Positions 1 through 8,316 of a stretch of DNA of 64,000 nt are shown here, piece after piece. Location of the stretch: positions 437 to 64,436 of the IMG/VR virus record IMGVR_UViG_3300031707_006565, one strand, 5' to 3'. A program made the position numbers and the translations under genes. Numbering within the stretch: position 1 is the first letter of the stretch; the number at the start of each line of letters is the position of its first letter. Origin of the DNA: a virus (lineage: Duplodnaviria > Caudoviricetes). A model generated the notes under the pieces. It made no database searches and was not told the origin of the DNA. It was given only the letters and a program-made list of their open reading frames with translations.

Positions 1-153
1 TTTATTGCTAAACAGGATGCCCTCGCCGACCATTACGCTGCACAGTTAAAATCCCGTATCTTCGCTATCTCCGAGCGACTTTCCGCATTCGAACACGCCA
101 CCGCTAAACAAATTCAGCTTCTATTAATACCTTCAACGGAGCAAAAGAAATGA
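1..153 (+). CDS. 3' end of a phage early hypothetical protein (partial)
   Basis: Open frame 1 to TGA 151-153, with ATGA overlap onto the next ORF. Confidence 0.55.
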   Translation, partial: FIAKQDALADHYAAQLKSRIFAISERLSAFEHATAKQIQLLLIPSTEQKK

Positions 154-491
154 ACGTTATTCCCATGACACAGTGTCGTAAATGTACCGCATTTAATCAA
201 GAACGTAAATGTCTCAACCGACCCGACTTATTAACGTCTTTATCCCCGGGTAGGAAAAGACGCTGTCTCTTTACTAGCCAAGGATTAAAAGCGTTACACA
301 AAAATTTTGTCGAGTTTACTAATAAAGCAAAAACCGCTGCTTTTTCTATCCGCCAGTTAACCGGCTCAACTCTCAAACTCAAATCTTCCCAAAATGTCAT
401 TGCGAGCGATCGAAAAAAGCGAAGTAATCTTATCTTATTAATAATAAATTTCTTCAAAAATTTAATTCGTACCATTCGTGGTAAAAAATGA
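150..491 (+). CDS. Hypothetical Cys-rich early protein; C-terminal part translates repeat elements
   Basis: CxxC..C motif; ATGA overlaps at both ends. Confidence 0.55.
   Translation: MNVIPMTQCRKCTAFNQERKCLNRPDLLTSLSPGRKRRCLFTSQGLKALHKNFVEFTNKAKTAAFSIRQLTGSTLKLKSSQNVIASDRKKRSNLILLIINFFKNLIRTIRGKK
396..430 (+). repeat. GTCATTGCGAG...GTAATCT palindromic (REP-like) element
   Basis: Related copies at 13082-13110, 30330-30391 and 14496-14521. Confidence 0.7.
465..488 (+). repeat. ATTCGT..ATTCGTGGTAAA periodic element (family A)
   Basis: Same motif at 1980, 4796, 6864, 8284, 19585 and 24516. Confidence 0.75.
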
Positions 492-609
492 AACTTACGG
501 GGCAGGAAGTAGGAATATTGGGTAAAATGACCACTGTATCCCTGCAGACAATCCCGAGCCCAACAGTCTGGTCTGTCCTGCCCTTCTTTTTTCGTGGTGA
601 TTTTAATTT

Positions 610-729
610 ATGAACTATAACTATCTCGCTCTCTTTAATCTTAATCAACTGTTTATATTTATTTGTGGTCTTATGAATGCAATTTGCTTAATCATTGCAT
701 TCGTATATTTTATTCTATTAAAGGAGTAA
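610..729 (+). CDS. Small hydrophobic peptide (39 aa)
   Basis: ATGA-coupled to ORF 488-613; hydrophobic stretch LFIFICGLMNAICLIIAFVYFILL. Confidence 0.4.
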   Translation: MNYNYLALFNLNQLFIFICGLMNAICLIIAFVYFILLKE

Positions 730-731
730 TT

Positions 732-806
732 ATGCCATTGCTTTATTTAACTATCTTAGCTTTTTTAATTTGGGCATTATTTGATGAAATGGGATGGCTC
801 GATTAA
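732..806 (+). CDS. Small membrane peptide (24 aa)
   Basis: AAGGAG RBS at 721-726; MPLLYLTILAFLIWALF; TAATG overlap with the next ORF. Confidence 0.4.
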   Translation: MPLLYLTILAFLIWALFDEMGWLD

Positions 807-1006
807 TGTCACGTTATGTCGATAAGATACTTACCAAAGAAAAGAAAATAGAATTCATAATGAGGACGATTTGGAATTCAATAGATACTCATTTTTATTA
901 TATTCATACCAAAAAGAATCATCCTCAGATAGGTAATCGCAAATTCCATAAACAACGCATTAAAGAGTATATGAAATGCATGAAATTCTTAAGTGAACTT
1001 TTATGA
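806..1006 (+). CDS. Hypothetical phage protein
   Basis: ORF track 794..1006; ATG 806 is coupled to the upstream stop. Confidence 0.55.
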   Translation: MSRYVDKILTKEKKIEFIMRTIWNSIDTHFYYIHTKKNHPQIGNRKFHKQRIKEYMKCMKFLSELL

Positions 1007-1033
1007 TAAAATTATATTTAGAAAGGAGTCAAT

Positions 1034-1972
1034 TTGACAAAAGAAATAGTCGAAGTTCGTAAAAAGCGTGCTTATGAGCTTCATACCCTGATTGCCCAGG
1101 CTGGCAAAAAGGCAATCGAGTCTTATCTTGAAATCGGCATCGCCTTAAAAGAAATCCGCGACCTAAATTATTATAAAGAACTTGGTTATGATACATTTGA
1201 GTCCTATACCGAAACTGAATGGAAAATTCAACATTCAATGGCATATAATTATATCGGGATCATTGAGAAGCTTCCAGTTCAATTTGTCCAACGCGTTGGA
1301 CAAAGTGAGATTGAAATTCCGTCACTTAGACGTCTTTTAGCCCTTCCTAACGACCCGGAGTTCATGCAAAATCTCTCCGAAGCCGACCTTGCCGAATTCG
1401 CCCACGCCTCTGACCCTGAATTCTCCGAAGCGGTCAAAGCCATCAAAAAAGACTCGGCTGGCTGGCATGCCCGTTACCAGAAGGCATATCGCGACCGGGA
1501 AAAATTTGAACAGGTGGCCATATCTCTAAAATCCGAAAAATCAGCTCTTTCCGAACAGATTGAAAAACTGAACGATGAAATCTTTATCTTAAAATCCAAA
1601 GAAGAGAACGAAAAAGTTCTAAAACTCTTTCAGGAACGCGACAATCTACGGAATCAGTTAACAGAAATTCAGGCTAAGCTCAATGAAAAAGAATCCGAGG
1701 AATTAACTGAAGAACAGGCTTTTGCCTTAATTCGTAAGTCAATGAATCAGGTGCTTGAAGCTCTAATTAATCTGCGCCGGGTTCAGCTCTTCGAATCGGT
1801 CATTCCCCAGCTTTACGGTACTTATTCAATGATCAAAGATATGCTTGACGCACAGATCGCCTTTTTAATTGACAAATTCGAACCCTCGACCGGTCCCTTA
1901 GCATTAAAGCACATTGCTAAAGACCTTGAAAATATCAAAAAAACTCAAGAGAACAAGGATGACCCTAAATAA
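1034..1972 (+). CDS. DUF3102-like protein of transposable phages
   Basis: EIGIALKEIR...GYDTFESY...AYNYI motif, coiled coil, position upstream of the transposase, AAGGAG RBS. Confidence 0.7.
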   Translation: MTKEIVEVRKKRAYELHTLIAQAGKKAIESYLEIGIALKEIRDLNYYKELGYDTFESYTETEWKIQHSMAYNYIGIIEKLPVQFVQRVGQSEIEIPSLRRLLALPNDPEFMQNLSEADLAEFAHASDPEFSEAVKAIKKDSAGWHARYQKAYRDREKFEQVAISLKSEKSALSEQIEKLNDEIFILKSKEENEKVLKLFQERDNLRNQLTEIQAKLNEKESEELTEEQAFALIRKSMNQVLEALINLRRVQLFESVIPQLYGTYSMIKDMLDAQIAFLIDKFEPSTGPLALKHIAKDLENIKKTQENKDDPK

Positions 1973-1979
1973 TTCTTTT

Positions 1980-2020
1980 ATTCGCATCCATTCGGTTAAT
2001 TCGTGTCCATCTATAGTTAA
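1980..2020 (+). repeat. Family A periodic element
   Basis: ATTCGCATCC ATTCGGTTA ATTCGTGTCC ATCTATAGTTAA. Confidence 0.7.
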
Positions 2021-2033
2021 GAAAGGATAATGG

Positions 2034-3695
2034 TTGAACAAAAATCCGATTTCCATTGACCTTGAGCGAAAGATTGAAATGGAATTAGCTACCGATAAAA
2101 AATCTCAGGTGATTGCCCGCTGGGCAGAGACTTTGAAAATCTCGCCTCGCACCTTATATCGTCATTTCGAGAAGAAAGTTAAAACCCATTATCCCCAGAA
2201 AGTCGCGAATGACGACCTAATGAAAATCGCCGCCATCAAATTCTCTACTCTGGATAAAAAAGGCGATTCGCTTTCCACTACTGATACCATTGACGAACTT
2301 AAACGGCTTGGCGTTCTGACCGATTTCAATTTTGTCCGATCTACCATTGACCGTCAGATGAAAAAGCAACGCCTCAATATCACGTCATTAACCCAGCCCT
2401 CGCCGGCAATCCATCTTGTCTCTTATTTCCCTAATCAGGTTCACGAAATTGATGCAACGGTCGCCCCGACTTATTATCTGGATAACCTTAACAGGATTGC
2501 CTGGGACCCATTTGCTCAGGCTCGGCACCGACGTAAGGCAACTACCGATTATAAACTCATTTTATATTCCGGTTGGGACCATTTTTCCGGCACGCTCTAT
2601 GCCCGGTATTTTCTCGCCCTGGCTGAGAATTCACCCGACTTATTCCAATTCTTGTATGATTTCTGGTCTAAGAAAAAAGATTCCGCATTGCCCTTTCATG
2701 GCTTTCCTACCCAATACCTTTATACTGACCAAGGCGGTATCTGGAAATCCAGACCCATCGAATCCTTAATGACCCGCTTACAGAAAATTGTCGGCTGCAA
2801 ACATCAGAAGCATCTGCCTGGTGAACCGCGTGCCACCGGCGGTGTTGAGGCAAGCATGCGCACTTTAAAGCGATTCGAAAAGAAATTACGTATTCGCATC
2901 AAATCCGGTCAGAAACCGAACCTCGAAGAGTTGAACAAATGGCTCTATGAATTTTTAGTTGACTTGAATAATAATCCGTCGCATGGTAAAGAAAATAAAT
3001 CCCGCAGCCAGCGCTGGCTTGAATTCGTTGAATCAACTCACCTCAAATCGCCTCCGCCGTTCATTGATTTTTTAAAAATGGCTTATAATAAAGGCGAGAC
3101 CCGTCAGATCAATAAATTCGGTGAGGTCAACTGGCAGGGTAAAACTTATCATCTGCCCGGCTTGGAAGACAAAATCGGGCAGGAGATATTAATCTGGCAT
3201 GGCTTCAAAGAAGGTGCCATCTACATCGAATATTATAATGAAATTTATGGTCCGTTTTATCCTGGTCGGAACGAAATTCCGTTCGGTCAATATCATGCTT
3301 TCCCATTGACTCGCTATGAAAAAACCAAGCGTCAGCTCAAAGATATCGCTTCTGGTATCCTGGGTCAACCGGATGAGAATAATTTCGAAGACCCGACTTA
3401 CGTGCGGCAGGATAACGTTACTCATAAAACGCCCGAATCCCAGAAAATTACCGTTGAAGGCGGTGTTGTTAATGCCCAGTTCCCGGCTCAGCAGTATTTC
3501 ACTCATGAAGATGCGATGCTTTATATTTCAATTACGCTTGGTTTTTACTGGCAGGATATCGCGAATGAATTAAAGGATTTCATTGCGAGTCAGCTGGAAG
3601 AAATGTATTTAAAAGCCGGTTCGATTAGCCGCGAATATCTGGACGGCATTTGCGCTAAGCTCGAACCGGTCTTTAAAAATCACGGAATTTTATAA
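2034..3695 (+). CDS. Mu-like DDE transposase (MuA analogue)
   Basis: N-terminal HTH (ISPRTLYRHF); HEIDAT, YTDQGG and PRATGGVE catalytic motifs; C-terminal beta domain. Confidence 0.9.
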   Translation: MNKNPISIDLERKIEMELATDKKSQVIARWAETLKISPRTLYRHFEKKVKTHYPQKVANDDLMKIAAIKFSTLDKKGDSLSTTDTIDELKRLGVLTDFNFVRSTIDRQMKKQRLNITSLTQPSPAIHLVSYFPNQVHEIDATVAPTYYLDNLNRIAWDPFAQARHRRKATTDYKLILYSGWDHFSGTLYARYFLALAENSPDLFQFLYDFWSKKKDSALPFHGFPTQYLYTDQGGIWKSRPIESLMTRLQKIVGCKHQKHLPGEPRATGGVEASMRTLKRFEKKLRIRIKSGQKPNLEELNKWLYEFLVDLNNNPSHGKENKSRSQRWLEFVESTHLKSPPPFIDFLKMAYNKGETRQINKFGEVNWQGKTYHLPGLEDKIGQEILIWHGFKEGAIYIEYYNEIYGPFYPGRNEIPFGQYHAFPLTRYEKTKRQLKDIASGILGQPDENNFEDPTYVRQDNVTHKTPESQKITVEGGVVNAQFPAQQYFTHEDAMLYISITLGFYWQDIANELKDFIASQLEEMYLKAGSISREYLDGICAKLEPVFKNHGIL

Positions 3696-3886
3696 TGAAA
3701 AACCCTTATTTTCTATTTTCACCCTTTCTCCTTTCTCTTCTTCCTGAATCAGAGCAATTAAGATGTCTTCGTTGCGGTGTCCCAATCCATAAAGATTATT
3801 ACTGCGACATGTGCGCAACTTGGCGGAACAGAAACAATAAAATGACAGGAGATAACAATGAATATCCAAGAAATAATAAAGCGTAA
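3695..3886 (+). CDS. Small C4 zinc-finger protein, paralog of 38964-39152
   Basis: CLRCG..I.KDYYCD.CA.WR shared with the distal copy. Confidence 0.65.
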   Translation: MKNPYFLFSPFLLSLLPESEQLRCLRCGVPIHKDYYCDMCATWRNRNNKMTGDNNEYPRNNKA

Positions 3887-4184
3887 ATTCGATGCGGTAA
3901 GAAGGCTTCAATCCGAATCATATTATCTTGGTTTTATCCAGGGATTTAACGCATTAGAAAATAGCCGGATTACCGCTGCGTTTATGCCTATCGATGTAAT
4001 AAAAAATCAGAAAGAATTCGACCGACAGCGCGGTCTCTTTGACGGCTGGCTCTTCATTCATGAACTCCGATTACGTAATAAAAAATGGGTCAATAAAAAT
4101 ATCATAAATCGAAGAAAGAAATCTCGCAAACCAAAGAAACGACAAGCTTCAAAAAGCGATGCAGGAGTAATTGATGTTGATTAA
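3858..4184 (+). CDS. Hypothetical protein
   Basis: AGGAG RBS, 108 aa ORF. Confidence 0.6.
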   Translation: MNIQEIIKRKFDAVRRLQSESYYLGFIQGFNALENSRITAAFMPIDVIKNQKEFDRQRGLFDGWLFIHELRLRNKKWVNKNIINRRKKSRKPKKRQASKSDAGVIDVD

Positions 4185-4201
4185 ATCATTAGTGCTAAAA
4201 G

Positions 4202-4271
4202 GGATTTGTAACTCAGATGGTAGAGCACCAACCATAGTTGGAGGTCGAGGGTTCGATTCCCTTCAAATCTC
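4202..4271 (+). ncRNA. tRNA-like element with a 4-nt anticodon loop (pseudo-tRNA or mimic)
   Basis: Acceptor GGATTTG/CAAATCT, D-arm CTC-AGATGGTA-GAG, stem CCAAC-CATA-GTTGG, T-arm GAGGG-TTCGATT-CCCTT; no encoded CCA. Confidence 0.8.
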
Positions 4272-4295
4272 TTTTGGCATTTTTAAAAGAATACC

Positions 4296-4493
4296 ATGAC
4301 GATTAAAATAGGCAATAAAATATATGATGGTTGTAAACAACCAATAATGATTATTTTAACTAGTTCTGATAAAAAATTAATAAGATCAATGAGGAGAGAA
4401 GATCACAAATTATGTTATTGTCCAATAAAAATGAAAAAAGAAGCTATAAAAAAATTTATGAATATAGATAAGGAGCAAAATGAAAGACATTGA
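4296..4493 (+). CDS. Hypothetical protein (AT-rich)
   Basis: ORF track. Confidence 0.55.
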   Translation: MTIKIGNKIYDGCKQPIMIILTSSDKKLIRSMRREDHKLCYCPIKMKKEAIKKFMNIDKEQNERH

Positions 4494-4794
4494 AGAAATT
4501 TGGCAAAAATTTATTAATACCGATAAAGGCAAGGCATTACTGGCTCTCATTCCGCAGGGTCCTGCCTTCGAATTATTTGAAGCCGGCGTTCAAAAAGGCG
4601 AAGAGCAGACGTTAATTAGTGTTTCCAAAGCGATTCAGAATTTGAAACTAATGGTCTTTAGCGCCAACAACGAAATGTATGGTCATATTGAACAAGATAA
4701 AACCGGCAAATACATCATTAAATGGACCGACGGCACCTGGAACGAAATAAGCGATAACACCGACCTTGAGCCAATCTTCCAGCGCAATGATTAA
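4480..4794 (+). CDS. Hypothetical protein
   Basis: AAGGAG RBS; ORF track. Confidence 0.65.
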   Translation: MKDIEEIWQKFINTDKGKALLALIPQGPAFELFEAGVQKGEEQTLISVSKAIQNLKLMVFSANNEMYGHIEQDKTGKYIIKWTDGTWNEISDNTDLEPIFQRND

Positions 4795-4795
4795 T

Positions 4796-4846
4796 GTGCT
4801 TATTCATATTCGTCTTATTAGTTTTATTCATGATATTCGTGGTAAA
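4796..4846 (+). repeat. Family A periodic element
   Basis: ...TATTCATATTCGTCTTATTAG...ATATTCGTGGTAAA before the GGAGG RBS. Confidence 0.7.
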
Positions 4847-4860
4847 GATAGGAGGAAATA

Positions 4861-5766
4861 ATGTTTCGAGTTAACATGCCCAATAAGATTTTTCAGTCCC
4901 GGGCATTAAAAGAAGTAAAACGAAAAATCGTTGATGCAGTCTCGGAGCCGGGCGGCATTCTTGCCATTATCGGTGAAGTTGGCATCGGCAAGACGATTGC
5001 TACGATTGATGGTCTTGGTTCGTTCGAAGACGTGGGCAATAACGTCATCTGGTGTCGTCAGCTCGATAAGGAAAATTTAAAAATTGGCGTAATCGTCAGC
5101 TCAATAATCCGTCATTTTAACGAACTGCCCCGCAAAGACATTGATGCCCGCACCGAACAAGTGCGCCGGTTACTCGGTCAATCATATTCTAATGATAAAA
5201 AGACGATCATGGTGATTGATGAAGCCCATGCCTTGCACTATCAGACCTTGCGTGCTCTGAAACGTCTATTAGAACTCAATTTCGGCAATCAAATTGGTCT
5301 GCTCTCGATTGTTATGGTTGCCCCGCCCGCCCTTTATGAAAAATTAAATCAGGTTGAAGAAATTTCTTTACGGACCGATATTCTCGAAATGCGAGGATTA
5401 ACTAATGAAGAAGCAAAAGAATATTTATCTTTCGTGCTTAACTGGAATCGCATCAAGCTCGAAAATGACGTGATTGATTACCTATCCCAGCAGAATCACA
5501 ATCCTTTAAAACTGGTTATCGCGGTTAATAAAATTGACGAGATTCAGAAACGTCTGGGCAGCACCCTGCCGCTTGCCAAGCTCAAGTCCCAGTTCCTTTC
5601 GCCGCTGCGCCAGAAGATCGAAGAATCCGGTCTATCTCAGCGTCAGCTCGCCCAGAAAGCCAATATTTCTGCTACTACCTTGAATCAGGTCCTGCAAGGT
5701 AATTATCCAGGCAACACCCAAAAAATTATCAAAGATGTAGAAAAAGCATTAGTGGAGGTACAATGA
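4861..5766 (+). CDS. MuB/ExeA-like AAA+ transposition ATPase with C-terminal XRE HTH
   Basis: Walker A GEVGIGKT, Walker B MVIDEAH; SGLSQRQLAQKANISATTLNQVL. Confidence 0.85.
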   Translation: MFRVNMPNKIFQSRALKEVKRKIVDAVSEPGGILAIIGEVGIGKTIATIDGLGSFEDVGNNVIWCRQLDKENLKIGVIVSSIIRHFNELPRKDIDARTEQVRRLLGQSYSNDKKTIMVIDEAHALHYQTLRALKRLLELNFGNQIGLLSIVMVAPPALYEKLNQVEEISLRTDILEMRGLTNEEAKEYLSFVLNWNRIKLENDVIDYLSQQNHNPLKLVIAVNKIDEIQKRLGSTLPLAKLKSQFLSPLRQKIEESGLSQRQLAQKANISATTLNQVLQGNYPGNTQKIIKDVEKALVEVQ

Positions 5767-6248
5767 GAATCAAACCAAAGAGCCTTTATCCGATTAAAGA
5801 TTTAATCGAGGCTAACGTAATCTTAGGAAAAATCGCTCAGCTTCAGCGTGACATTATTTGTTTTGAGACTGATGCCCAGAATAAAATCGACCACATCAAA
5901 GATATTATTGCCGGTAAAATCCATCCTTTAGCCAAAGAAATCAATAAGCTTGAACTCAGTCTTTCTGCTTTCGGGCATACCAATAAAGATGAATTATTTA
6001 AGGATTATAAGACCGCTGAACTTAATTTTGGATTTATCGGTTTTCGTAAATCAACCAAAATTACCATCGTCCGCCAAACTCTCAAACTCTTAAAACAATT
6101 AAAATATCTCGATGCGATTATCGTGAAAGAATCAGTGAATAAGGATGCTCTTGCCACCTATCCGGCTGAGAAACTAGCCGAAGTGAAAGCCAAACGTAAG
6201 TCTGAAGACAAATTCTGGTATGAAATCAAAACCGATACGAAATCTTAA
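5763..6248 (+). CDS. gam: Mu Gam-like host-nuclease inhibitor
   Basis: KTAELNFGFIGFRKS...IIVKESVNKDAL...EDKFWYE. Confidence 0.85.
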   Translation: MRIKPKSLYPIKDLIEANVILGKIAQLQRDIICFETDAQNKIDHIKDIIAGKIHPLAKEINKLELSLSAFGHTNKDELFKDYKTAELNFGFIGFRKSTKITIVRQTLKLLKQLKYLDAIIVKESVNKDALATYPAEKLAEVKAKRKSEDKFWYEIKTDTKS

Positions 6249-6280
6249 ACCTTGAACTCTTCAACTTTTAATCTTTAATT
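6244..6280 (+). repeat. TTTGAAC/TTTAAAC-type 7-8-mer tandem (family B)
   Basis: CTTAAAC CTTGAAC TCTTCAAC TTTTAATC; also at 16528, 18129, 20375, 38911 and 39154. Confidence 0.7.
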
Positions 6281-6283
6281 GAA

Positions 6284-6778
6284 ATGGTAAAAACTAAATC
6301 TTACCCTCAACTTAAATACATCTGGAAACTTGCCCACGATTGCGACCTATCACCGGCTGAACTGCGCGCCCTGGTCAAGAAAAATTTCCCGGATACCGAA
6401 GGTCATCTCTCCCGTCTTAGTTTATTTCAGGCCCGCTTTCTCATTGACCTTTTGAAACGAGCCCTTAATGGATTATCTTCTTCTGAAACTGAAAATGTAG
6501 TGCCCAATTCGGGCGAAGAAAATTATCGTCTTGGCCGCCAACCCAGAACCGAACCGCGTCCACCAATGAGTCAGGCTCAGCACGATCTGGCTTTAGAACT
6601 TGCCTCTGAAATCTCTATACTCAATCCCCAGGAGTATCTTTTAATTTCTGATTCGCTTGAAAAGCTTGCTCGTCATCACGGTGCGGTCTGTTTTGACGCC
6701 TGCACGACCCGTCAGGCATTTCGTGTCATCTGCGCCCTCAAATCAATCAAACAAAAATTATTCTTGACAAAGGTATGA
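6284..6778 (+). CDS. GemA/gp16 (DUF1018)-like regulatory protein
   Basis: QLKYIWKLAHDCDLS..LRALV...LSRLSLFQARFLIDLLK; position after gam. Confidence 0.65.
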   Translation: MVKTKSYPQLKYIWKLAHDCDLSPAELRALVKKNFPDTEGHLSRLSLFQARFLIDLLKRALNGLSSSETENVVPNSGEENYRLGRQPRTEPRPPMSQAQHDLALELASEISILNPQEYLLISDSLEKLARHHGAVCFDACTTRQAFRVICALKSIKQKLFLTKV

Positions 6779-6791
6779 TATTTGATATTAT
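6764..6791 (+). promoter_or_regulatory. Sigma70-type promoter ahead of the lysis/packaging genes
   Basis: TTGACA-16 nt-TATTAT with extended TG. Confidence 0.55.
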
Positions 6792-6834
6792 TCAGCAAAT
6801 CCAGAGGATCTCGAGTCCCTTAAATATAAAATGA

Positions 6835-6897
6835 AACTGCAGATTAAATTAATTCTAAAAAATAATTCGATTAATCCGTGTAATCTGTGGTTTAAAA
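6835..6897 (+). repeat. Family A element with its inverted partner (hairpin)
   Basis: AAACTGCAGATTA ... TAATCCGTG TAATCTGTGGTTT. Confidence 0.65.
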
Positions 6898-6916
6898 TAA
6901 ACCAACGGAGGCATTA

Positions 6917-7126
6917 ATGTCACAAGAAGACAAAACGCTAGTTGCTAAAGCGCAGCGTGTAAAAAAGATCGCGGATGTGCTTTGTTTAGAGCTCGATGAG
7001 TTAATTTCATCTCTTAAAGATTCTAATTTTCTTCGTGCCGAACTAAGAGGTCGCACTCCCGAAATTACCGATAAGTTCGATAAGGTACTTGATATGATGA
7101 TAGAAATAAAACAAAATAAAAAATAA
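6917..7126 (+). CDS. Hypothetical protein
   Basis: GGAGG RBS. Confidence 0.65.
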   Translation: MSQEDKTLVAKAQRVKKIADVLCLELDELISSLKDSNFLRAELRGRTPEITDKFDKVLDMMIEIKQNKK

Positions 7127-7127
7127 T

Positions 7128-7352
7128 GTGGATATTCTCCTTATCCTTCGCTATTTGCAAAATCCCGGATTACCGATTGTCATCCTGGTCGTTTGTCTCA
7201 CCATTCTCTATCGGATTTTAAAACGCGAACAGCAAAAACATGACGCGACCCGGAAACGACTTGATGAAGTCCATACCCGGCTCGAAGCCCGTCTTTATCA
7301 TGAACTCGACGAATTAGAAAAACTCTTGCAGAAAGAGAGACCTAAAAAATGA
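7128..7352 (+). CDS. Putative holin (single TM plus coiled coil)
   Basis: Hydrophobic GLPIVILVVCLTILY; directly upstream of the endolysin. Confidence 0.55.
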   Translation: MDILLILRYLQNPGLPIVILVVCLTILYRILKREQQKHDATRKRLDEVHTRLEARLYHELDELEKLLQKERPKK

Positions 7353-7780
7353 TTGAAGGTCCTAAAATCACCAGCCATTTCTTTTGGAAAGAAGTATATT
7401 GCAAATGTGGTAAATGTGGTGAGATGCCCAAATCAGTCAATTTCAACGTTCAAATGTTCGCAAAAGTTTTAGAAAAAGTCCGAAAGACTGTAAACAAATT
7501 AGCAGCAAAATATGATCTCAATCTCGGTGAAATCCACCTGATAATTACTTCCTGGTATCGTTGTTATGATAAGAATAGTGCTCATAGTACTGGCTTGGCC
7601 GTCGACATCGCATGCGAAAATAATATCATGCGATTTCTTATTACCAGCGCTGCAATTAAATGTGGTATTACCCGGATTGGTGAATACGTTCCGAACCAAA
7701 ATCGAAAAATAATTCACCTTGATATTGATGACACCGATCTCCAGAAAAGGCCACTATACCAACTGTGGGTAGAAGCATGA
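7349..7780 (+). CDS. Peptidase M15-family endolysin
   Basis: HF.WKE..CKCG, ITSWYRC, SAHSTGLAVDI, IHLD. Confidence 0.85.
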   Translation: MIEGPKITSHFFWKEVYCKCGKCGEMPKSVNFNVQMFAKVLEKVRKTVNKLAAKYDLNLGEIHLIITSWYRCYDKNSAHSTGLAVDIACENNIMRFLITSAAIKCGITRIGEYVPNQNRKIIHLDIDDTDLQKRPLYQLWVEA

Positions 7781-8283
7781 GTCATAAAATCGATATTCGG
7801 GAAAGAGCTTTCGTTCTTTATAATCAGGGTTATTCCTTTGATCGTATCCGCACGATTCTCGGGGAAGAGGGCGTAACCGTTTCCCGGCGCGCCATATTTA
7901 ACTGGGAAGATAAATTTCAATGGAAAATTCGTCGCCAGAAAATCCAGAAAGAAGTCCGGACAAAAATTGACCAGAAGCAGGTTTCCGAAATCACCCAGCT
8001 TTCCACTCAACTTTCCGAATTACAGGATGATCTGCTTGGTGAACTTAAAAACGTCAAGCTAAAAACCAAAGAAGGCGGCATTGCTGCTTTGCGGCAATTG
8101 CACGATATGCGTCAGCGTCTTTTGGGTGACAAGCGATTTGACGAACACCTCGATGAACTCATTGCTCTTATTTTTGAAATCCTTGCCACCGATGAAATTC
8201 TTGGACCAAAACTCAAAGACCGGCAATCAATCATTGTCGACCGTCTTGAAAAAACTTTAAAAGAAAAATATGGTATTCGATAA
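7777..8283 (+). CDS. Putative small terminase subunit (HTH)
   Basis: N-terminal HTH (RAFVLYNQG...VSRRAIFNW...W); upstream of the large subunit. Confidence 0.65.
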   Translation: MSHKIDIRERAFVLYNQGYSFDRIRTILGEEGVTVSRRAIFNWEDKFQWKIRRQKIQKEVRTKIDQKQVSEITQLSTQLSELQDDLLGELKNVKLKTKEGGIAALRQLHDMRQRLLGDKRFDEHLDELIALIFEILATDEILGPKLKDRQSIIVDRLEKTLKEKYGIR

Positions 8284-8316
8284 ATTCGTGCTTATTCATG
8301 TTTTTCGTGGTAAAAA
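8284..8316 (+). repeat. Family A periodic element filling the whole intergenic gap
   Basis: ATTCGTGCTTATTCATGTTTTTCGTGGTAAAAA then ATG. Confidence 0.75.

Noticed and set aside
4202-4271. Functional tRNA-Met/Ile(CAT) or integration site
   Set aside because: The anticodon loop is only 4 nt, there is an A10-C25 mismatch, and it lies inside the phage operon; kept only as tRNA-like.
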